Shown one piece after another: positions 49,504 through 62,348 of a stretch of DNA of 64,000 bases. A program made the translations under genes and the position numbers. The notes under the pieces were generated by a model. That model was not told the DNA's origin and did not search any database. It worked only from the letters and a program-made list of their open reading frames with translations. The DNA is from Squalus acanthias (lineage: Eukaryota), in assembly GCA_030390025.1 (NCBI GenBank), contig CM059432.1:37760001-37824000 (forward strand). The letters run 5' to 3'. The first letter of the stretch is position 1. Each line of letters starts with the position of its first letter.

Positions 49504-49710
49504 ACAAAAGCAAAATACTGCGGATGCTGGAAATCTGAAATAAAAACAGAAAATGCTGGAAATACTCAGCAGGTCAGGCAGCATCTGTGGAGAGAGAAAC
49601 AGAGTTAACGTTTCAGGTCGATGACCTTTTGTCAGTTGAAACGTTAACTCTGTTTCTCTCTCCACAGATGCTGCCTGATCTGCTGAATATTTCCAGCATT
49701 TTCTGTTTTT
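49504..49710. mobile_element. Hairpin Penelope-type insertion with 15-bp TSD
   Basis: attgcgaagtcttat at 49489-49503 and 49711-49725. Inverted arms; the minus-strand hammerhead core is mutated to CUGACAA. Confidence 0.85.
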
Positions 49711-51339
49711 ATTGCGAAGTCTTATCTTAGCCTTTCCATTTATTCCTCCAGTTCGTTCTCCTCCTTCGAACGTCTTGCCCTTTTCCAGCCCTCATGCCTC
49801 TCATTCATGATACTCATTGTTTCCTTCCTTCCCAAGTCAAATGCCAACTTCCTTCCCAAGCTGTCTGCCCTTCTCTGTTCCATCAGCTTTTGCGCCAAGG
49901 AATTTCTCACCTTTGATGATTTTAATCAAAACCTCAATTTTTCCGAGCCCTCTCCCGTCAAGGAGAAAGAAAATCGAGTGGTGTGTAAAACAGGCTGCCG
50001 ATTCGCTATCGCCCATTTTGCACAACCACCCACGACAAATTTATATCCGTAAGAGTTCTTCTACAGGAAATGATTTTTGTTATTCTACATCTTTTCCTGT
50101 CCTGTTTCAATTCAGACTGACTCAGTAACCACTGGTGCAGTCACAGCCTGTGAACTTGGGATTTTAATAACCCGCTGGCATAACTCAGGCTTGGCTTTCA
50201 ACTTGTAAGGACTGTAACAAGATTCTGGAGCTACTTTTCAGAAAAGCTGCAAGTCACTGTCAGCATCAGGGACAACAGCTTACAATCACAGAATCGTACA
50301 GCACAGGAGGAGGTCATTCGGCCCATCGTGCCTGTGCGGCTCTTTGTGAGAACTGTCCAAGTAGTCCCACTCCCCCGCTCTTTCCCCGTAACCCTGCAGA
50401 TTTATCCTTTTCAAGTCGTAGATTTTCATTCAGAATTAGCAAAATAATGATCAATCAGCACCGTACTAAACATCGAAGTCATCAGTTCTAACTTTAAATA
50501 GTAAACTTACTTTCTTGTTAATTCAACACAGTCTGTCACTAACTTACAACAGCAGCTAAATCACAGATAAATCCTTTGACCAGAACATCCACAATATAAC
50601 AAGGCGATACTGTATGTCATGAGATTACAAAATATCTTCAGCCTATCTGAATAGCATTTTGCTTGTAAAACCAAAAAGCTGATTACTCTAAACCTTCTTA
50701 CTCTAAACTGCTAAAGTAGCAACCACACATACCAATACCATATTTCAATTTAAAATGGCTAACACACAATCATATGGCTGCTTTAGTTTAGATTTTCTTA
50801 AATTCTTTAATCCAGGTAATCAAATTAATTGCTAAATTTTTAAATTTAGATTACATAAAAGATGGAGAGTTCATTGCTGGATGAAAAGCACTGCAGCATT
50901 ATGCAATACTGTAAACTGCAGAAACAAGTTCTGATCAATGGCTACTTACCATATCCTAATTAAAGGTAAACAATCTACACAGTCCTTCTTGTCCTCACCT
51001 TCCACCCACCAATTCGCATTTGACTGATCATCCTCCACCACCTCCTGCGCAATCCCACCACCAAACATATCTTTCCACCCTCCCGCCTCCACCTTTCCAC
51101 ATTCCGAAGTGTGGTATCACAGTGAGTCGTACCTCCACGAGGTCCCACCGGGCAACACCGCAGTGTTGTCTAAACGACTGGCCGAGTAACCCCGGAAATA
51201 GGCAGAGTAGGCAAACCTTCCTAACCTCTTGAAGAGTTGTTGCAAGGCCTTGAGCAGCTCAGGGAGCCTCAGGTCTGTAAGTCCTCCATCTTCAATGTGG
51301 GGAGCCGGTCTTACGAGTAGCTGTGGTTTCTTTTGAGTA

Positions 51340-52220
51340 GTGACACCCTGGTCCAGTGCTCCATCAACCACAATTCCTGCTGCCCTGCCCCCGGCACCTT
51401 TCCATGTAAACGCAGGAAATGGAACACCGTCCAGGGCCCCAAACACTCCTTCAAGATGAGACAGCGATTTACTTGTACTTCTTCCAACCTAGTATCTTCT
51501 TCTTCTCTTCTTAGGCAGTCCCTCGGAACCGAGGATGACTTGCTTCCACATTAAAAATGAGTTCGCAGGTGACTGATGAGTCCAATGCGGGACCTACAGT
51601 CTCTGTCACAGGTGGGGCAGACGGTGGTTGAAGGGGCGGGTGGATGGGGTGCTTGGGTTGACTTGCGCTGCCTGCGCTTGGCTTCCGCTTGCTCCCGGCG
51701 AAGAGACTCGAGGTGTTTGGCGCCTTCCCGGATGCTTCTCCTCCATTTTGTGCAGTCTTGGGCCAGGGATTCCCAGGTGTCGGTGGGGATGTTGCACTTT
51801 TTCAAGGAGGCTTTGAGGGTGTCCTTGAAGCGTTTCCTCTGCCCACCTGGGGCTCTCTTGCCGTGTCGGAGCTCCAAGTAGAGCGCTTGTTTTGGGAGTC
51901 TCGTATCGGGCATGCGGACAATGTGACCCGTCCATCGGAGCTGATCAAGCGTGGTCAAAGCTTCGATGCTAGTATACTGTATTTGCTGCTCACGATTCAC
52001 TCCTCTAAACTGGGGAGACCAAACGCAGATTGGGTGATTGCTCTGCTGAACACCTCTATTCAGTCTGCAATTGTGAGTGACCCTGACCTCTCTGTCCTTG
52101 GCCTCCTATACTATTCCAATAAAGCTCAAGGTAAACTTGAGGAACAGTATCTCATCTTTCTACTAGGCAGATTACAACCTCCTAGCCTTAACATAGACTT
52201 TAACAACTTCAGACTTTAAC
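51340..52220 (+). mobile_element. Penelope-like GIY-YIG endonuclease remnant, split by an RTE insertion
   Basis: PGTFPCKRRKWNTVQGPKHSFKMRQRFTCTSSNLV | YCICCSR.. then KLEEQYLIFLLGRLQPPSLNIDFNNFR. Confidence 0.8.
51496..51968 (-). mobile_element. RTE-clade LINE 3' fragment with 7-bp TSD
   Basis: QLRWTGHIVRMPDTRLPKQALY..GGQRKRFKDTLK..CPTCDRDCRSRIGLISHLRTH. (GAA)n-like tail; ctagtat at 51489-51495 and 51969-51975. Confidence 0.9.
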
Positions 52221-52639
52221 CATCGCTCCCACTTTCTCTCACAGCAGTTTCTAGCAATGTAGGATGGGTGCACTAGAGGAACTGGGAATGGGGGAGGTGT
52301 GAGCGGCTGCTTGGGGTCGAGATCCTACATCGGTACATGGCTGGCGGGGTGGTCCACACTCGTGGTGCCTACCTGACTTCTTCCACCACATTCCTGGATC
52401 ACTAGAGCCTTCTCCGCTTTGCCAGATTTTCCATGCTTCCCTCCTCCTCTGCTTTTCTGCTGTAACCATTTACACCTCCTCTGAACCCATCTTTTGTTTC
52501 TTTACTTGTCTCATTATCACCTTATTTTTCCTGCCCTCCACCCAAACACCGACCTTTCTTTTTTTCCCCTTTTCCTACCCTCTTTTCCCTGGCTCTCTAT
52601 TTGCTTAAAAGTTGTTCATCTGTAATATCTTCCAGTTGG

Positions 52640-55310
52640 CAATGTCAGAGACCTGGCTCAAAAAAGGGCAGGATTGGGTATTAAATATTCCTGGATATAA
52701 GGTGTTCAGGAAAGATAGGAGGTGGTATGGCAGTACTGGTTAAGGAGAATGTTACAGTGCTGAAGAGAGAGGATGTCCTGGAGGGGTTAAGGACAGAATC
52801 TATATGGCTAGAGTTAAGAAATAATAGAGGTGCCAGATTGAGTAGACTAGGCCTATATTCTCTAGAGTTTAGAAGAATGAGAGGTGATCTCATTGAAACA
52901 TACAAAATTCTTACAGGGCTTGACAGGGTAGATGCAGGGAGGATGTTTCCCCTGGCTGGGGAGTCTAGAACCAGGGGTCACAGTCTTAAAATAAGGGGTC
53001 GGCCATTTAGGACTGAGATGAGAAATTTCTTCATTCAGAGGGTGGTGAATCTTTGGAATTCTCTACCCCAGAGGGCTGTGGAGGCTCAGTCGTTGAGTGT
53101 ATTCAAGACAGAGATCGATAGATTTTTGAATATTAAGGGAATCAAGGGATATGGGGATAGTTCAGGAAAGTGAGATGAGGTAGAAGATCAGCCATGATCT
53201 TATTGAATGGCAGAGCAGGCTCGAAGGGCCAAATGGCCTACTCCTGCTCCTATTTCTTATGCCACTACTAGGTGTATTCTATAGGCCACCAACTAGTGGG
53301 AAAAATGGAGGAGCAAATTTGCAGAGAAATTACAGAGAAATGCAAGAACTATAGAGTAGTGATAATGAGGGACTTCAACTATCCTGATATAGACTGGGAT
53401 AGTAATACTGTAAAGGGCAGGGAGAGGGAAGAATTTCTGAAGTGTGTTCAGGAGAACTTTCTTGATCAGTACGTTTCCGGCCCAACGAGGAAGGAGGCAT
53501 TGCTGGATCTGGTTCTGGGGAATGAGGTGGGTCAAGTGGAGCAAGTGTCAGTAGGTGAACATTTAGGGAACAGTGATCATAGTATCATATTATCATAAGG
53601 TTTAGATTAGCTATGAAAAAGGACAGGGAGCAATCTAGAGTAAAAATACTTAATTGGTGGAAGGCCAATTTCAGTGGGATGAGAATGGATCTGGCCCAGA
53701 TAAATTGGAAGATTGGCAGGAAAAACTGTAGTGGAACAATGGGCTGCCTTTAAAGAGGAAATAATTCGGGTACAGTCGAGGTCCATTCCCACTAGGGGGA
53801 AAGGTAGGGCAACTAAAGTCAGAGCTCCCTGGATGACAAAAGAGAGAGAGTAAGATGAAGCAGAAAAAGAGCGTGTATGACAGATGTCAGGTCGAGAATA
53901 CATCTGAGAATCAGGCTAAATATAGAAAGTTTAGAGAAGTGAAAAAGAAAATAAGAGGGGCAAACAGAGGGTATGAGAATAGAATGGCAGCTAAAATAAA
54001 AGGTAATCCAAAAGTCTTCTATAGGCATATAAATAGTAAATGGGTAGTAAGGGGGGGGGGGGGGGGGGAGCAGATTAGGGACCAAAAAGGAAACCTACGC
54101 ATGAAGGCAGAGGGTATGGCTTAGGTACTAAATGAGTACTTTGCATCTGTCTTCAAGGATGAAGATGCTGCTATAGACAGTGAAGGAGGAGGTAGAGGAG
54201 ATACTGGATAGGATAAAAATTGATAAAGGCACGGTACTAGAAAGGCTGGCTGTACTTAAAGTTGATAAATCACCAGGAGCGGATGGGATTCATCCTAGGA
54301 TGCTGAGGGAATTGAGGGCAGAAATCACGGAGGTACTGGCCATAACCTTCCAATCCTCCTTAGAAACGGGGGTAGTGCCAGAGGACTAGAGAATTACAAA
54401 TGTTACACCCTTGTTCAAAAAGGGTGTAAAGATAAACCCAGCAACTACAGGCCAGTCAGTTTAACCTCGGTAGCGGGGAAGCTTTTAGAAACAATAATCA
54501 GAGACAAAATTAACAGTCACTGGGACAAGGGTGGATTAATTAAGGAAAGCCAGCACGGATTTGTTAAAGGCAAATCACGTTTAACCAACGTGATGAGGTA
54601 ACAGAGGGTTGATGAGGGCAATGCGGTTGACATGGTGTACATGGATTTCCAAAAGGCGTTCGACAAAGTGCCACATAATAGGCTTGCCGGCAAAGTTGAA
54701 GCCCATGGAATAAAAGGGACAGTAGCTGCATGGATGTGAAATTGGTTAAGTGACAGTAAACAGAGAATAAAACACTGGTTTGGCCTCAACTGGAGTAGTG
54801 TGTCCAATTCTGGGCACCACACTTTAGGAAGGATGTGAAGGCCTTAGAGAGGGTGCAGAAGAGATTTATGAGAATTATTCCAGGGACTTTAGTTAGTGGA
54901 TAGACTGGAGAAGCTGGGGTTGTTCTCCTTAGAGCAGAGAAGATGAGAGGAGATTTGATAGAGGTGTTCAAAATCATGAAGGGTCTGGACAGAGTAGATA
55001 GAGGGAAACTGTTCCCATTGGCAGAGGGGTCGAGAACCAGAGGACACAGATTTAAGGTGATTAGCAAAAGAACCAAAGGCGACATTTACGTAGCGAGTGG
55101 ATCTGAAATGCACTGCCTGAAAAGGGTGGTGGAGGCAGACTCAATCACGGCTTTCAAATGGGAGTTGGATAAGTACCTGAAAGAACAAAAAATTGCAGGG
55201 CTATGGGGAAAGGGCGGAGGAGTGGGACTAGTTGAGGTGCTCTTGCAGAGAGCCAGCATGGGCTCGACAAGCAAAATGACCTTTTTCCGTGTTGTAACCA
55301 TTCTATGATT
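52640..55310 (+). mobile_element. CR1 LINE ORF2 remnant with a nested CR1 3' fragment (~52835-53260) and an internal deletion
   Basis: ESIWLELRNNRGA|RLSRLGLYSLEF junction; DFNYPDIDW..LLDLVLGNE, DKSPGADGIHP and GDLIEVFKIMKG motifs. Confidence 0.88.
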
Positions 55311-55960
55311 TGACAAACTAGCAAAACTAAAGAGGATAAAACCCAGGTCCACCCACCCATCCATACTCAAGGAAACTAGGGAATAGATAACAGAGGCATT
55401 AGTTTATACATACAAAAGTTCCATAGAAGAGGAGGTAGTGCCAGAGGACTGGCAGACAGCTAACGTTGTTCCAATATACAAAAAGGGAGAGAGAACAAAA
55501 TATGACTGATCTATAGTTCCCAAGTTAACGTCAGTGATAGGAAAGATACTGGAATCTATACTAAAAGAAATGACAGAAGAGCATCTAGAGACAGAAAATA
55601 TAACAAAAAATAGTCAACATGGATTCCGAAACGCTAAGTCATGCTTAACTAACCTGAGAATTCTTTGAAGAGGTAATGGAAAAAGTAGACAAGGGAAATG
55701 CAGTAGATGTTATATACTTGGTTTTTCAAAAGACCTTTGATAAGGTATCACACGGTAGGCTCATGACAAAGGTTAGGGCACATGGAGTCGGGACAAATAG
55801 CTGAATGGATAGCCAATTGGCTAAAAAATAGAAAGCAGAGAGCAGGGGTAAAGGGTAGTTATTCAGATTGGAGGAAGGTAGAAAGTGATGTTCTACAAGG
55901 ATCAGTGCTAGGACCACTGTTATTCATAGTTTACATGAATGAGTTGAACTTAGGAACAAG
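55311..55960 (+). mobile_element. CR1 RT middle fragment
   Basis: EWIANWLKNRKQRAGVKG..QGSVLGPLLFIVYMN. Confidence 0.8.
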
Positions 55961-56900
55961 TACGCTGATGACACCCAGCTCTACCTCACCCCCACTTCTC
56001 TCGACCCCTGCACTGTCTCTAAGTTGTCAGACTCCAGCACTGGATGAGCAGACATTTCCGCCAACTAAATATTGGGAAGACTGAAGCCATTGTCTTCGGT
56101 CCCCACCACAAACTCTGTTCCCTAGCCACTGACTCCATCCCTTTCCCTATCATCTGTCTGAGGCTGAACCAGACTGTTCGCAACCTTGGTGTCATACTTG
56201 ACCTTGAAATGAGCTTCCAATCACATATCCGCGCCATCACTAAGACCGTCTATTTCCACCTCCGTAACATCGCCCGTCTCCGCCGCTGCCTCGGCTCATC
56301 CGCTGCTGAAACCCTCATCCATGCCTTTGTTACCTCTAGACTTGACTATACCAACGCACGCCTGGCTCGCCTCCCATGTTCGACCCTCCGTAAATGGAGG
56401 TCATCCAAAACTCTGCTGCCCATGTCCTAACTCGCACAAGTCCCGTTCACCCATCACCCCTGTGCTCGTTGACCTACATTGGCTCCCAGTTAAGCAACGC
56501 CTCGATTTTTAAATTGTCATCCTTGTTTTCAAATTCCTCCATGACGGCGCCCCTCCCTATCTCTGTAATCAATTCCAGCCCCACAACCCTCCGAGATATC
56601 TGCGCTCCTCTAATTCTGGACTCTTGAGCATCCCTGATTTTAATCGCTCCACCATTGATGGCCGTACCTTCAGCTGCCAAGGCCCTCAGCTTGGAATTTC
56701 CTCCCTATACCTCTTTTCCTCTCTATCTCACTTTCCCCCTTTAAGACACTCCTTAAAACCTACCTCATTGACCAAGCTTTTGGTCACCTGCCTTAATATC
56801 TCATGTGGCTTGGTGTCAAATTTTGTTTGATAACGCTCCTGTGAAGCGCCTTGGGACGTTTTACTACATTAAAGGCGCTATATAAATACAAGTTGTTGAG
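55961..56900 (+). mobile_element. L2-clade LINE 3' fragment
   Basis: YADDTQLY, LNIGKTEAIVFG, VRNLGVILD and HAFVTSRLDY motifs; aaaggcgctatataaatacaagttgttg tail. Confidence 0.88.
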
Positions 56901-56967
56901 GCGTACAAATACCAGCACTGACGAGCTGGGCTGAATAGCCTGTTTCTGTGCTGTGTATTCTATGCAA

Positions 56968-57100
56968 TTTCTGACGAGAGGTCATCGACCTGAAATGTTA
57001 ATCCTATGTTTCTCTCTCCAGAGATGGTACCTGACCTGATCAGTGTTTCCAGCATTTTGTTTTTATTTCAGATTTCCAGCATCTGCAGTACTTGGCTTTT
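56968..57100 (+). mobile_element. Penelope-type terminal fragment with hammerhead core
   Basis: CTGACGA-G-AGGTC-atc-GACCT-GAAA-tgtt at 56971-56999; helix I is weak. Confidence 0.7.
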
Positions 57101-57287
57101 CCACATTACACAGATCAGCTCTGCTGTTTAATGAGCATTCTCTTAGAAAAAGAAATACCAATTACAGTCCCCACCGCTTATAGCGGGCTTGTTCGTGCGA
57201 ACATTTAACAGCCACTGTGTGCTAAACCAAGTCGTGCTCTCTGGGGGTATTTCTCTCTGTTGCCCTCACGGAGTATTTCTCTCTCAG

Positions 57288-57750
57288 TTGTGACTTAGTT
57301 GGTAGCACTCTCGTCTCTGAGTCTGACAGTTGTGGGTTCAAGTCCCGCTCCAGAGACTTGAGCACAAATATTCGAGATTGACACTCCCAGTGCAGTGCTG
57401 AGGGAGTGCTGCACTGTCTGAGGTGCCCTCTTTCTGATGAGATGTTAAACCGAGGCCCCGTCTGCCCCCTCAGGTGGACGTAAAAGATCCCATGGCACTA
57501 TTTTGAAGAAGAGCAGGGGTGTTATCACCGGTGTCCTGGCCAATATTTATCCCTCATTCAATATCACTAAAACAGATTATCTGGTCATTATCACATTCCT
57601 GATTGTGGGAGCTTGCTGTGTGCAAATTGGCTGCCGCATTTCCTACCTTACAACAGTGACTACACTTCAAAAGTACTTCATTGGCTGTAAAGCGCTTTGG
57701 GGCGATCTGAAGTAGTGAAAGGCGCTATTTAAATGCAAGTCTTTCTTTTC
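57288..57750 (+). mobile_element. Full-length DeuSINE-type (SacSINE1-like) tRNA SINE
   Basis: tRNA-like head (ttagttggtagcac..gggttcaagtccc), Deu-domain-like core (gagatgttaaaccgaggccccgtctgcc..aaagatcccatggcacta) and L2-like tail aaaggcgctatttaaatgcaagtctttc. Confidence 0.8.
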
Positions 57751-57929
57751 TTTCTCTCAGTTGCTCTCACTGGAGGTATTTATCTCACTTGCCATCACGG
57801 AGGGTATTTATTTCAGCCAATTGCCCAAGAGAATCTCTGAATGGGGCACCATCTTGAAAGTGTTTCCAAAGAGACGCACTACGTAAACGAGTTTCTGCCC
57901 GAGTGGGAAGCAAACCGGACAGGTCAGTC

Positions 57930-60775
57930 GTCAGACTTCTTGTCAGACATCCAGTACTGGATGAGCAGACATTTCCTCCAACTAAATATTGGGAAGATCG
58001 AATCCATTGTCTTCGGTCCCTGTCACAAACTCCGTTCCCTAGCCACCGACTCCATCCCTCTCCTTAGCATCTGTCTGAGGCTGAACCAGACTGTTCGCAG
58101 CCTTGGTGTCATAGTTGACCCTGAAATGAGCTTCTGACTACATATCCACACCATAATTAAGACCGCCTATTTCCACCTCTAAAGCACAACTCTGCCCCTG
58201 CCTCAGCTCATCTGCTGCTGAAACCCTCATCCATGCCTTTGTTACCTCTAGAATTGACTATTCCAATGCACTCCTGGCTGGCCTTCCACATGCTACCCTA
58301 CGTAAACTTGAGGTCATCCAAAACTCTGCTACCTGTGTCCTAACTCACACCAAGTCCCGTTCACCCATCACCCGTGCTCGATGACCTACATTGGCTCATA
58401 AGAACATAAGAAATAGGAGCAGGAGTAGGCCATTCAGCCCTTCGAGCCTGCGCCGCCATTCAACGAGATCATGGCTGATCTTCTGCCTCAACTCCATTCA
58501 CCGGCCCTATCGCCATATCTCTTGATGCCCTGACGAGTCAGAAATCTATCGACTTCTGTTTTGAATATACCCAATGACTGAGCCTCTACAACCCTCTGGG
58601 GTAGAAAAATCCAAAGATTCACCGCCCTCTGTGTGAAGAAATTTCTTCTCATCTCAGTCCTGAATGGCCTACCCTTTATCCTGAGGCTGTGGCCCCTGGT
58701 TCTAGACTCCCCAGCCAAGGGAAACATTCTCCCAGCATCCACCCTATCAAGCCCTGTAATAATTTTGTATGCTTCAATGAGATCCCCTCTCATTCTTCTG
58801 AATTCAAGAGAATACAGGTCTAGTTTACTCAATCTCTTCTCATACGACAGTCCCGCCATCCCAGGAATCAATCTCGTGAACCTTCGTTGCACTCCCTCCA
58901 TGGCAAGTATATCCTTCCTTAGGTCAGGAGACCAAAATTGTACACAGTACTCCAGGTGTGGTCTCACCAAGGCCCTATATAATTGGAGTAAGACTTCTTT
59001 ACTCCTGTACTCAAATCCTCTTGTAATGAAGGCCAGCATACCATTTGCCTTCCTAATGGGCTTGCTGCACCTGCACATTCACTTTCAGTGACTCATGTAC
59101 AAGGACACCCAGGACCCTTTGAGCATCTGCATTCCCCAATCTTTCACCATTTAGGAAATACTCTGCCTTTCTGTTTTTTCTACCAAAGTGGATAACTTCA
59201 CATTTATCCACATTATATTCCATCTGCCATGTTCTCGCCCACTCACTGAGCCTGTCGAGATCCCCTTGAAGCCTCTTCACAACTGACACTGCCACCTAGC
59301 TTTGTATCAGCAGCAAATTTGGAAATGTTACATTTAGTCCCCTCATCCAAATCATTGATATAGATTGTGAATAGCTGGGGCCCAAGCACCAATCCTTGCG
59401 GTACCCCACTAGTCACAGCCTGCCATCCTGAAAAAGACCCGTTTATCCCTACTCTTTGTTTTCTGTCTGTTAACCAATTCTCAATCCATGCTAGTATATT
59501 ACCCCCAATTCCATGTGCCCTAATTTTGTTCACCAACCTCTTGTGTGGGAGCTTATTGAAGGCCTTCTGAAAATCCAAATACACCACATCTACCGGTTCC
59601 CCTTTGTCTACTCCACTAGTTACATCCTCAAAGAACTCCAATAGGTTTGTTAAACAGGATTTCCCTTTCATAAATCCATGTTGACTCTGCCCAATCTTAC
59701 TATTAGTTTCTAAGTGCCCAGTTATTGCATTCTTTATAATAGATTCCCAACTACTGATGTGAGGCTAACAGGTCTGCAGTTCCCCATTTTCTCTCTCCCT
59801 CCTTTCTTAAATAGCGGGGTTACATTTGCTATCCTCCAATCTGCAGGAACCGTTCCAGAATCTATAGAATTTTGGAAGATGACAACCAATGCGTCCACTA
59901 TCCCAATGGCCACCTCTTTCAAAACCCTAGGATGTAGGCCATCCGGTCCTTGGGATTTATCGACTTTTAGTCCCATTAATTTTGCTAGTACTGTTTTTTT
60001 ACTAATAATTTCTTTAAGTTCCTCATTCTCGCCACACCCTTGGTTTTCTAGTATTTCTGCGATTTTTTTGTGTCTTCCTCCGTGAAGACAGAAACAAAGT
60101 ATTTATTTAATTTCTCTGCCATTTCCTCATTCCCTGTTATAAATTCTCCCGTCTCTGACTGTAAAGGACCTACATTTACCTTCGCCAGTCTTTTCCTTTT
60201 CACATACCTATAGAAGCTTTTACAATCCCTTTTTTATATTTTTCACTAGTTTGTGCTCATATTCCATTTTCCCTTTCTTTATCAATTTCTTGGTCCCCCT
60301 TTGCTGATTTCTAAAAAGATCCCAATCCTCAGGCTGACCGCTTTTTCTGGCAACTTTATAAGCTTCCTCTTTTGACTTAATACTAGTTTAATTTCTTTTG
60401 TTAGTCATGGTTGGATCACTTTTCCTTTTGGGTTTTTATGCCCTAGAGGAATATATGTTTGTTGCAAATTATGCATTATTTCCTTGAATGTTAGCCATTG
60501 TATGTCCACCTTCATACCTTTTAGTGCAGTCTTCCAATCTACCATGGCCAACTTGTCCCTCATACCCGGTTAAGCAACGTCTCGATTTTAAAATTCTCAT
60601 CCTAGTTTTCAAATCCCTCCATGGCCTCGCCCCAAGCTTTTGTTCATCTGCCCTATTTTCTTCTTATGTGGCTCGGTGTCAAATTTTGTTTGATAAACTC
60701 TCCAGTGAAGCGCCTTGGGACGTTGGGATGTTTTACTATGTTAAAGACGCTATATAAATACAAGTTGCTGTTGTT
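57930..60775 (+). mobile_element. L2 LINE fragment split by a CR1 insertion
   Basis: gacctacattggctc (to 58397) resumes as ccggttaagcaacg (~60566), compared with the uninterrupted copy at 56471-56500. Confidence 0.82.
58398..60565 (-). mobile_element. CR1 LINE ORF2 3' half
   Basis: ORFs 59734-59976, 59243-59671 and 58488-59078 with RT motifs; cataagaacataaga tail. Confidence 0.93.
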
Positions 60776-60780
60776 GGAGA

Positions 60781-60828
<48 letters not shown>

Positions 60829-61104
60829 AAGGAAGAGAGAAAACCTGCCGTCTCCCAGCCACAGGAATCTGCAGTGCTGACATCAATCATGCGTTTACTT
60901 TTCAATAAAACACTGGCCTCCAGCTGCTTCTGTCCGAAATAAACAGAGCACTAAAGATGCTAGAACAAGCAACTTTGAAATTGACATTAATGGTTTTCAT
61001 ATTTTGCTGATATAAGCAACTGCCCCTTTTAAACGTGGATGTTTTAAGCAGTGGGGACTGTAGTAGCAAATTAGAAGTGCTATATGCATGAGTTAAATAA
61101 GCAC

Positions 61105-61329
61105 GATAGCAAAATACTGCGGATGCTGGAAATCTGAAATAACAACAGAAAACGCTGGAAAAACTCAGCAGGCCAGGCAGCATCCGTGGAGAGAGAAACA
61201 GAGTTAACGTTTCAGGTCGATGACCTTTCGTCAGACTGACGAAAGGTCATCGACCTGAAACGTTAACTCTCTTTCTCTCTCCACGGATGCTGCCTGGCCT
61301 GCTGAGTTTTTCCAGCGTTTTCTGTTGTT
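61105..61329. mobile_element. Hairpin Penelope-type insertion with 14-bp TSD and back-to-back hammerhead cores
   Basis: agttaaataagcac at 61091-61104 and 61330-61343; palindrome centre tcag-a-ctga at 61235. Confidence 0.9.
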
Positions 61330-62099
61330 AGTTAAATAAGCACATTTGTTCTAAGAGGTTTGGTAAAACTTCACTAGATTCCCTTTAACTGTCCTTAATG
61401 GTGTTACTGCTTTCTGCTAAAAATACTGTGCCATTTTCATGAATTCATTCAAAGACAATATAATAAAGTGGTGAAAATTCTGGTAGATACTCCTCCAATT
61501 TTTACTGCAAGCAAAACATATTTTCGAAGAGTAAGAAAGCGTGCAATGGACAATATATAAATGGCATTTCTGAACTGCTTTGGAATCCAACCCAATAGCA
61601 AGCATTTTTTAAACTGCCAGTTCAGCATTTATATTACACAGTCGTTGTATGATTGATTACATCTCACAAATCTGATACAAATAAGAAGAGATTTAAATTT
61701 CACAAGCAGAACAACATTTTTATCTCCATTGAAAATTTGGAAAGCTTTTTTTGGTAGTTTTATATCTAGTATTTACTGGTTAAGAATGTATGGTTCCCCC
61801 ACAAACTGGCATCAAAATCTTGCCTTTTTATTGTCTATAACTCTGCAACTAACATTTTGCCTGCTTTGAGGAAACTAAAACACGATAATCTGTAGAAGGT
61901 CCCTAACCTTTAGAGGATGCCAATGAAATACACGTAAAGCTAGTTCTGCATGCTGCACTGCTTTTCATGTGAAGCAATACCTGCTCACTACTAGCAGTAC
62001 AAAAACACTATTGTTTGCAAAGACTTAGAAAATGGTGCTAAGTTCCATCTTGCCCCAACATGTTTTTATTCAGACAAGTAATCAAGCTCCCTCAACTAC

Positions 62100-62348
62100 T
62101 GTAGAGAAGTTAGGAAACGCTTATTCACGCAAAGGGTGGTGGAAGTGTGGAACTCTCTCCCACAAAAAGTAGTAGATGCTAGCTCAATTAATAATTTTAA
62201 ATCCGAGAGCGATAGATCTCTGCTGGCCAAGGGAATTAGGGATATGGAGCCAAGGTGAGTGGATGGAGTTAGGATACAGATCAACCATGATCTCATTGAA
62301 TGGTGGAATAGGCTCGAGGGGCTGAATGGCCTACTCCTGTTCCTATGT
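62100..62348 (+). mobile_element. CR1 3' fragment
   Basis: FTQRVVEVWNSLPQ motif followed by the CR1 3' UTR. Confidence 0.8.

Noticed and set aside
50940..51020. Possible penultimate TMEM241 exon (minus-strand TG|gtaagt donor at ~50950)
   Set aside because: The in-phase translation (..EDKKDCVDCLPLIRIW) does not resemble the expected hydrophobic TMEM241 segment.
57288..57360. tRNA gene
   Set aside because: The A/B boxes belong to a SINE head followed by a SINE body and tail; the same applies at 9882 and ~27420-27485.
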